Origin: Octopus vulgaris
Taxonomy: Eukaryota
DNA: 64,000 nucleotides
Reading direction: 5' to 3'
Assembly (NCBI GenBank): GCA_951406725.2
Contig: OX597820.1
Coordinates: 82,088,001 to 82,152,000 of the forward strand
Part shown: in pieces, positions 55,327-64,000 of the stretch
How positions within the stretch are numbered: position 1 is the first letter of the stretch
Layout of the letters: the number at the start of each line of letters is the position of its first letter
Position numbers and translations under genes: made by a program
The notes under the pieces: model-generated
Seen by the model: only the letters and a program-made list of their open reading frames with translations
What the model was told of the DNA's origin: nothing
Database searches by the model: none

Positions 55327-55822
<496 letters not shown>

Positions 55823-56419
55823 GTAAATGTATGTATATATATGAAAGAAGGTTTGAAAATGCAGTCTTAAAAGGTCTTTATTCACTTGACCGGTTTCACT
55901 TTTTTAGAAAAAGATTGTCAAAAGTAAAATGTAAAAGCTTTGTAAAACCTTTTTTGTGTTAAATACTGGTTGTCACAAAATATTACAATACATATATACA
56001 TTCTTATATGATAATAATAAGAAAAATGTTAAAACAGTTTACAAGGGAAAATCTTGAGAAAATATTAAAAAGTTCATTGAAAATATTAGGATTTCATTTA
56101 AAATCATGTTTGTTTGGAAGTATCTATATATATACATAGAAAATTATAAGTTCAAAAAGGTCGTATTTTGGTGGGGATATATTTAGGAGTTTACAAAGAA
56201 TTTTTGATAAACTGACCTGTTTTACCAATTTTTAGTTTTGTGTGAAGCGAAATAAAGGCTGATTCTATTTTACGGGATAGTGTGGGACGTTGGTTTGGGT
56301 GGGGGAAGGACGAGCAATGTGGGATTGAAAAGAATTTTTTGTTGTTTCTCTTTAGTCTTTCACGGTTCAGTGGTTTTTGGGACTGGCCTGAGAGGTCAGA
56401 ATGGTGTGAGTGTGTGAGA

Positions 56420-56830
56420 TAGATGGCACTTAAGAATTAGCTCTGATCTTGTGTTTATAAAGTATATCATTGTTATCTTTCACCTATGTAACATCTTTGT
56501 TGAAAATCGGTGGTATCGCTTTCAAGCCATTACTATTACAATGTCTCATTCCCAATTTCCAAGTATTTTAGAAGTAAGCTTTGAAAATCGGTGGGTAGAA
56601 TTCGATAATACTGAACTCATTGAATGAGCATCTATTTTTATCACTAATGTTGTTCAACCAGTTAACTACTGAGCTATTGTTATTCTATAGCCCTAATTTT
56701 CTAATCTTTCTACTTTTAACATTTTCTAAGTCCTCGAGATTTTTATTCAGTTGGGCAGTTCCGATTATCTTTTTATTTCGAATGTGCCAATTGGAAGCTT
56801 TAGGCATGTGCGATGCCTACTTATTCTTTT
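56420..56830 (-). mobile_element. Decayed Penelope-like GIY-YIG C-terminus
   Basis: Minus strand INTRSELILKCH (cf. LNKRSELVSKCRH) and a KY.WKL-like remnant. Confidence 0.55.
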
Positions 56831-57234
56831 GATACTGATTTCCAATCTGCTAAGCAAAATAACTCAGGGTGGAGAGTGGCAAAATTAATGAGGGTATATT
56901 AAATAACATACAATATAAATTCATGATATATTGAATTTATCTCCTCTTCAAAGGGGGTTAGATCAATCGCTTGATGGTTTTGGTACCAATACCAAATGGT
57001 AAGGAGAGGTAACCTCAAAAGCAAGAATTCTCAAAAACTGAATGCCATCAAGAAAAAGATAGTTTGAATTTCAGAGAAAAGGAGGACAGTGGGGTGTACA
57101 TACCTCTGCTCCAATATGCACCCTCAGCACTGCATATATCCATCAGGCAAGAAACTTGGATATATACAACAAGCGGAATACATTAATAGCCTTGGAAATT
57201 TGAATGTGAGGAAACCGAAATAATTCAGGCAAAA

Positions 57235-60200
57235 TTGATTTCCGGTTAAGCGGGATTCTATGAAGCAGGAGTTGACTGGCGGCTGTCGCCCTCATGTATT
57301 TAACAGAATAAATCTTTCACTGACACATTCTGGGTCTCCGTTAAGTTTTTGTGTACAGCTTAACTAAAGCCGTAACTGGTGACCTCACAGAAGAACAACA
57401 GCTTTCGCTTCACACATCAAAGTAAACAGAAAATCAACAGCTCTGAATCTACCACAATTCTGGCCGAACTATGGTTCGCGTGGGCGTGAGCACAATTTAA
57501 CATACGCAAAATAACTTTAGACCAAATGAAGTATTCGTACGTAGTAGCGGCACTAGATGAGGACACAGCAACGAGGGTGCTGGACATTTTAATCCAATCC
57601 CCAACAACACACAAATACACCACGTTAAAAGACAGGCTGGTGGAGCGACCGAGAAACGGCAGCCAAGATACCAGAGGAAGAATTAGGAGATTTCAAACCT
57701 TCAGAGTTGACGGAGAAGCTGTTGCCATTAGTTCACCCGGTGAGTCACCTTTTTTTTTGTTTAGGAAAATATTCCTCCACAAGTTACCACCCCAGATCCA
57801 GGCCCTCATAACTCAGACCGAGATCAAGGATCTGCGGCAGTTAGCGAAAGCAGCCGACAAACATTTTTATTCAGTTGTGTTATGGTCAACGCTATAGGGT
57901 TGGCCTCGAGACATGGTAGAGTTAAGCAAGACGACCTCTGCTTCTACCACACAAAGTTCGGGGAAAATACTGCGAAGTGCAAACAACCATGTAACTTCAG
58001 GGACCCTTGGCCATCGACCCCCGGAAAACTCCAGGGCCGGCTGCCATTGAATACCCTGGTGGCCAGCAGACACGATCAACTGCTCCTCTATGTCTGCGAT
58101 CGGAGCCCCGGACGTAGCTTCCTAACTGACACAGGAGCAGATGCCAACGTGATCCCAGCGCCGGTAAAGGACCTCCGTTACGGAAAACGGGCTAACTGTT
58201 AACGGTCGCCAACGGCCCCACAATCGAGGCGTACGGTCGCCGCATCCGTACTCTCAACATCGGCTCACAAAAATATACATGGGCAGTCAACATCGCCGAT
58301 GTCCACCAGCCTATTATCGGGTAGACTTTCTTCACACACACTTGCTACTTGTTGATTTGCAGAGGAGACGACTCATCAACAGACACATACGCTTCCGTGT
58401 CACTGGCAACATCTGCACATGCCGCCCTCTCCTGCATAGCAACCATCTCTCAGACCGAGAACGAATTCTCAAATCTCTTCGTAAGTCGCCTCGATCTCCT
58501 TACCTTGACATTCTCCAAACCTACAGCCCACTGCGGAGTGACACACCACATCCCCCCGTAATGCACGGCCGTGCACGTCGTCTATCACCAGACAAACTTG
58601 CTATAGCAAAGGCCAAGTTTGACAATATGGAAGCGTTTGGCATAGTTCACCGATCAAGCAATCTCTAGTCGTCACCCCTGCCTGTGGCACCCAAACCCAA
58701 CGGAGATTGGTGACCTTGCGGAGTTTAGCGCCGTCTCAACGCAGATACAACACCGAACCGCTACCCCATTTCGCGCATACAGGACTTCTCAGCCCAGCTA
58801 GCCGGGTACTCGGTTTTCTCGAAGGTCAACCTCATCCAAGGTCACCACCAAATACCAGTACAAGACGGCGATATACCTAAAACCCCTTTTATCACTCCTT
58901 TCGGGTTGTATGAATTCGTACGTACACCCTTTGGTCTGAAAAACACAGCACAACCCTTCCAAAGCTTTATGGACACCGTATGCAGGGGTCTTGATTTTGT
59001 CTTTGCATATTTAGATGATATCCTTATCACTAGCCAAAATTCGGGACTACACATGAAGCACCTAGTGACTCATTTTGATAGACTGGAACAGTATGGTCTA
59101 GTAGTCAACCCCATCAAGTGTGTTTTTGGTGTTACAGGAATCGAATTCCTGCGACATCGAATCACGAGTGCTGGTGCTACACCCCTGCCAGAAAAAAGGA
59201 AAACTGCCTTATCCTCTCCACGCCCCACCACAAGCAAGGCTTTACACCAATTTCTGGACATAGTAAACTTTTACCATCGCTTCATCCCTTCTGCAGCAAG
59301 ACTGATTAGACCCCGATACAAGCACAGGTGGAGTGGGATAGTGTAATAACCTTAGCCTTCAAATCCACAGCAACGATGCTGTCCCATCCACATGTCAGCT
59401 TGGACTGCACTCACAATCGATGCCTCCGACACAGCCATTGGGGCGTTTTGGAACAATGAATCAATGGTCAGTGGTGACCATTTGCCTTCTTCGACCGGCA
59501 ACTACAACCTCCTGAACAGAAATACAGTGCTTTTGGCAGGGAACTGCTGACTGTCCATCTAGGTGTCCGCCACTTTCGCTATTTTCTTGAAGGTCGCTTG
59601 TTTACAGTGTTCACGGACCACAAACCACTTACCTTTGCTATGTGCAAGCTCTCGGAGCCTTAGTCTGCACGCCAGCAACGATAGTTATCGGCCGTTTCTG
59701 AGTACACCACGGACATCCAACACATATGTGGAAAAAGCAACCCAGTTGCCGACGTACTCTCTTGTGCCCCTACCTACGCTCACACCAACCTAGCCCCAAT
59801 AACGGAAGGCCTGGATTATGAGGCCATGACTGCAGCCCAACAGACAGATGGCAAGATCAGAGCTATCACATGGCACAACCGTCACGTCAATTTCCTTGCA
59901 GAACATGCACTTTGGCTCCAAAGTGAATCCACCGGGAAGCCACGATTGATCGTCCCATTGGCCTGGCTCAAGGTTTTCGACGTCCTTCACGGACTGTCCA
60001 CCCGGGTATTAGGCGAGTAACCACATGCACGGCAGTGCAGTTAAAACGCCTTCCCGGTTCGGATGACAATAAACAGTTCTGGAAGCGGGAGAGCTATATG
60101 TAAGGCACTGCCTAAAGATTTATGACAATCGAACTGTAGACAAGAACTTCGCTGTAGACTAGCTAGAGAACTGGTCTGCGTCGAAGTTGATTTCCTGTCA

Positions 60201-60290
60201 AGTGGGCTTCTACGAAGCAGGAGTTGACTAGCAGCTGTCGCCCTCATGTATTTAACTGAATAAACCTTTCACTGACGCTATACGTAACCC
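57235..60290 (+). mobile_element. Decayed Ty3/gypsy LTR retrotransposon (gag-PR-RT-RNase H; integrase largely deleted)
   Basis: LTR homology 57235-57325 versus 60187-60277. PBS-like tggtgacc at 57377; purine tract before TGTAAG at 60099. KYSYVVAALD (gag), FLTDTGAD (protease), PFGLKN..AYLDDILI (RT), DASDTAIG..FTDHKPL (RNase H). Confidence 0.92.
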
Positions 60291-60995
60291 GTATCGCGTA
60301 GGAGCATCGTTGAATGCTTGGAAATTTTGTGCAGTCCGTTTCTTGTGCTGGTGTATGTTGCACCACATTCCCATGTGTACATTAAGGAGTTTTTCCACTT
60401 TTTTATGTTCCTGTGGTGCAACTTCTCTTATGCTACCGATGTGTTGTTGCATGGTCTGGACATAGTTCTGTGGGCTGTCAATTGACAGTCTTCCACACTT
60501 GTTCGTACGGTTACGTGAAGATCATAAACCCTACGTTAAACCTGTTATGGGACCCCCAACCCGACCAGTTTGTGGAGCGAATGTCTCACAGATATTACGA
60601 TCACTCATTGAAATGTTCCCAGATGTCTGTGTGAGCATGGAAAATCTCCGTAGTAGAATCAGTAGTTGCAACCACTCCAACGACCTTACAGGTTGTGTAG
60701 TGTGTAGTATGGATGTAGTTTCCACATCCCCTCGGCTTTGAAGAAAAGCACCGCAGAGCGCTGGAGTGGCTGGACCATACCCATTCAGGACCCTGAGAAC
60801 AATAGTGAAATGAAAAGAATGATTGCGCATTAAGATCGTTGAAAACCCAGGGAGCTCAATCAGATCACAACAATGTAGGACGTACCCCTTTGAGAATACC
60901 AAATGCACCAATGATATCTGCATGGTATGTAAGGTTAACCCTGGCGTTAATAATTTCTTTATTGGCAAGAAATCTTGAAATAAAACTGAACAATG

Positions 60996-61505
60996 ACATA
61001 CATACATACATACATACATACATACATACATACATACATACATACGTACGTACATACATACGTACATACGTACATACATACATACATAAATACATACATA
61101 CATAAATACATACATACATACATACGTACATACATACATACATACATACATACATACATACATACATACCTGATTACATAGGTTCGTACATGCATACATA
61201 CATACATACATACATACATACATACATACATACATACATACATACATGCATGCATACATACATACATACATACATACATACATACATACATCATATATAC
61301 ATACGTACGTACATACATACATACATACATACATACATACATACGTACGTACGTACATACATACATACATACGTACATACATACATACATACATACCTGA
61401 TTACATAGGTTCGTACATGCATACATACATACATACATACATACATACATACATACATACATACATACATACGTACATACCTGATTACATAGGTTCGTAC
61501 ATGCA
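60996..61505. repeat. (TACA)n tract with three copies of a 26-bp spacer
   Basis: cctgattacataggttcgtacatgca at ~61169, ~61396 and ~61480. Confidence 0.92.
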
Positions 61506-61861
61506 AACTTAATCACACATATTCCTTTTGTACGTCCAGGCAACGTAATGTAGGTATTCCTGCACAAACTACAAAGGAGTGCACGTACTTAACACATGCA
61601 TGCACACATGCACACATGTATATGTGTGCACGCACATACGTATGCGCATGCAAACTTACACACATGCACACATACTCCCATGGTGTGCGTGGTATAGACA
61701 TATAATCTTAAAGATATAAAATAAAAAGCGTACATACGTACTGACAAACGCACATGCATCTAAGTCTGCATGCCAGCACATAAACATACTATTCAAACAG
61801 GTGCACGTGTGTTTATTTGTTTATTTATTTATTTATTTATTTCAATCGTTTATCTTTTATA

Positions 61862-62071
61862 CTCTTTTACTCTTTTAATTGTTTCAGTCATTTGACCGCG
61901 GCCGTGCTGGAGCACCGCCTTTAGTAGAGTAAATCGACCCCAGGACTTATTCTTTGTAAGCCTAGTACTTATTCTATCGGTATCATTTGCCGAACCGCTA
62001 AGTTACAGGGACGTAAACACACCAGCATCGGTTGTCAAGCGATGTTGGGGGGGACAAATACAGACACACGC

Positions 62072-62110
<39 letters not shown>

Positions 62111-62277
62111 CATACGACGGGCTTCTTTCAGTTTCCGTCTACTAAATCGACTCACAAAGCTTTAGTCGGCCCGAGGCTATAGTAGAAGACACTTGCCCAA
62201 GGTGCCACGCAGTGGGACTGAACCCAGAACCATGTGGTTGGTAAGCAAGCTACTTACCACACAGCCACTCCTGCGCT
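61862..62277 (-). mobile_element. SINE family K, full length, internal (TA)n
   Basis: Minus-strand head gcgcaggagtggctgtgtggtaag..ggttcagtcccac; matches 55326-55822. Confidence 0.9.
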
Positions 62278-62286
62278 TATATCTTA

Positions 62287-62676
62287 GTTTTTCCAGTCAT
62301 TTGACTGCGGCCATGCTGGGGCGTCGCTTTGAAGGGTTTTAACCGAAGAAATCGACCCTATCACTTATTTTTTAAAACCTAGTACTTATTCTATCGGTCG
62401 CTTTACCGCACCGCTAAGTTACGGGGTCGTAAACACATTATCACCGGTTGTCAAACGGTGATGGTGATGTAACAAGCACAAACACGCATACGCTCACACA
62501 CGGACACACATATACGATGAACTTCTTTCAGTTTGCGTCGACCATATCTACTCACAAGGCTTTGTGGAATCTAGGTTATAGTAGAAGACACTTGTCCAAG
62601 ATGCCGCGCAGTAGGACTGAACCCGGAACGACATAGTTGGAAAGCTAGCTTCTTACCATACAGCCACGCCTGCACC
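62287..62676 (-). mobile_element. SINE family K, older tandem copy
   Basis: Collinear with 61862-62277 but more diverged. Confidence 0.85.
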
Positions 62677-62691
62677 TAAACACATATAAAT

Positions 62692-62978
62692 ATCACGTGA
62701 CCGACCAGACCATCAGATGTTGCTACACATCGGTGGTTACAATGCGTTCGCATTGTTTTAACCTTCGAATGACGCCACCCCACTGGCTAAGCGAGCAGGC
62801 CAACAGAAGAAAGAGTGGTGAAAGAGTACAGCAGGGATCACCACCCCTTGCTGGAGCATCGTGGAGATTTTAGGTGTTTTCGCTCAATAAACACACACAA
62901 CGCCTGGTCTGGGAATCGAAACCGCGATCGTACGACCGCGAGTCCGCTGCCCTAACCACTGGGCCATTGCGCCTCCAC
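62692..62978 (-). mobile_element. SINE family R, tail type 2 (full length)
   Basis: Head gtggaggcgcaatggcccagtggttagggcagc..ggtttcgattccc shared with 4748-4860; tail matches 14641-14753. Confidence 0.88.
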
Positions 62979-63823
62979 ATATAAATATACTAATCAAAAT
63001 TAGAATCATGATTGATCCAGGAAGGAAATAGAGATAGTAAGAATGAAAAGGGAAGAATGAAAAAGGAAGAATAGACGGGGAAGAGAAAAAAAGGAAGAGG
63101 AGTCCAGGGAAAAGAAGAATAAACTTAGTGATGAGGACGTCACACACGATTTTTATGAAGATAGAAAAAGATGGAAAAATTGATATAGATATACAGAGGT
63201 ATACATATTAAAGCATTTGGTAGCCTTGCTGCCAGTACGACCCCACCACACACACACATACTACATATAATTTACACTAATGAAGAAATAAATATCTCCA
63301 TTTCATTTCTAATTATTCTTCTCGTAGATTCTTTTTGCTTTTCTTTTTAATGTTTCCCTATTTGTTTTCTGAAATACCTGTGGTTCCATCCATTAAAAGA
63401 CATGATACCCTAAGTCGTACATTCCTATGTCAGATAAAACTTTTAATAGTTCTGCTTAAATAATAAGGGTTTTCTCTCTTTTTCTTCTCTCTCTCTCTCT
63501 CTCTCTCTTTCTCATATTCTCTCCCTCTGTATCGCTATTTCCCTTTTTCCTGCTCTCTTTCTCTGAGAGATAACATGCGTGCCAAACTATTTTTTGTTTC
63601 CCTCTGACAAAGCATAAGAATTAGTCATCACCACCACGCCCACCCGTCCACACACCTTTATGTACATGTGTGTGTGTGCGCCCGCACGTGTGTGTGAGTG
63701 AGCGTGTGTGTGTGTGCAATAGGGGCATTAACTCTCACTGTGTTTCTTTATCAATTCCAATACCAAAAGATGTGAGCATAAGTGTCTGAGTGTATTTTTA
63801 TTTCTCTCTCTCTCTCTCTCTCT

Positions 63824-63882
<59 letters not shown>

Positions 63883-63947
63883 CATGTATGTATGTGTGTA
63901 TATATATGTATATATATATATATCGTTATATATATATAGAGAGAGAT

Positions 63948-64000
<53 letters not shown>

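Noticed and set aside
55885-55905. Hammerhead 3' half GAAACCGGUC on the minus strand (palindrome ACCGGU), downstream of a PLE remnant
   Set aside because: No convincing CUGANGA and helix II partner found upstream.
57095-57150. Possible eroded hammerhead on the minus strand (CUGAUGG..auaugca/ugcauau)
   Set aside because: GAAA and helix III are not recognisable.

Overview
Eukaryotic, AT-rich, microsatellite-saturated DNA that looks intergenic or intronic. I found no supportable host protein-coding gene, and nearly all long ORFs in the track are microsatellite read-throughs or transposon remnants. The SINE repertoire and repeat style suggest a cephalopod (Octopus-like) genome; this is inference. 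Content: (TAA)n-embedded R4/Dong-type LINEs; a stack of Tx1/L1-type LINE 3' ends inside a (GATA)n tract; decayed Penelope-like elements (PLEs); six minimal type I hammerhead ribozyme motifs (four with intact cores, two degenerate), each with a palindromic helix III; Helitrons; two Tc1/mariner relics; a Kolobok-like MITE; an RTE fragment; a decayed Ty3/gypsy provirus; several tRNA-derived SINE families; a ~555-bp non-coding (TAA)n-flanked element; and a ~470-bp foldback satellite. Best leads: retroelement families partitioned by microsatellite type (notably a candidate GATA-targeting Tx1 family), and hammerheads whose differing helix III palindromes could act as a family-specific dimerisation code. 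Coordinates were counted by eye and may be off by a few bases, more at decayed ends.
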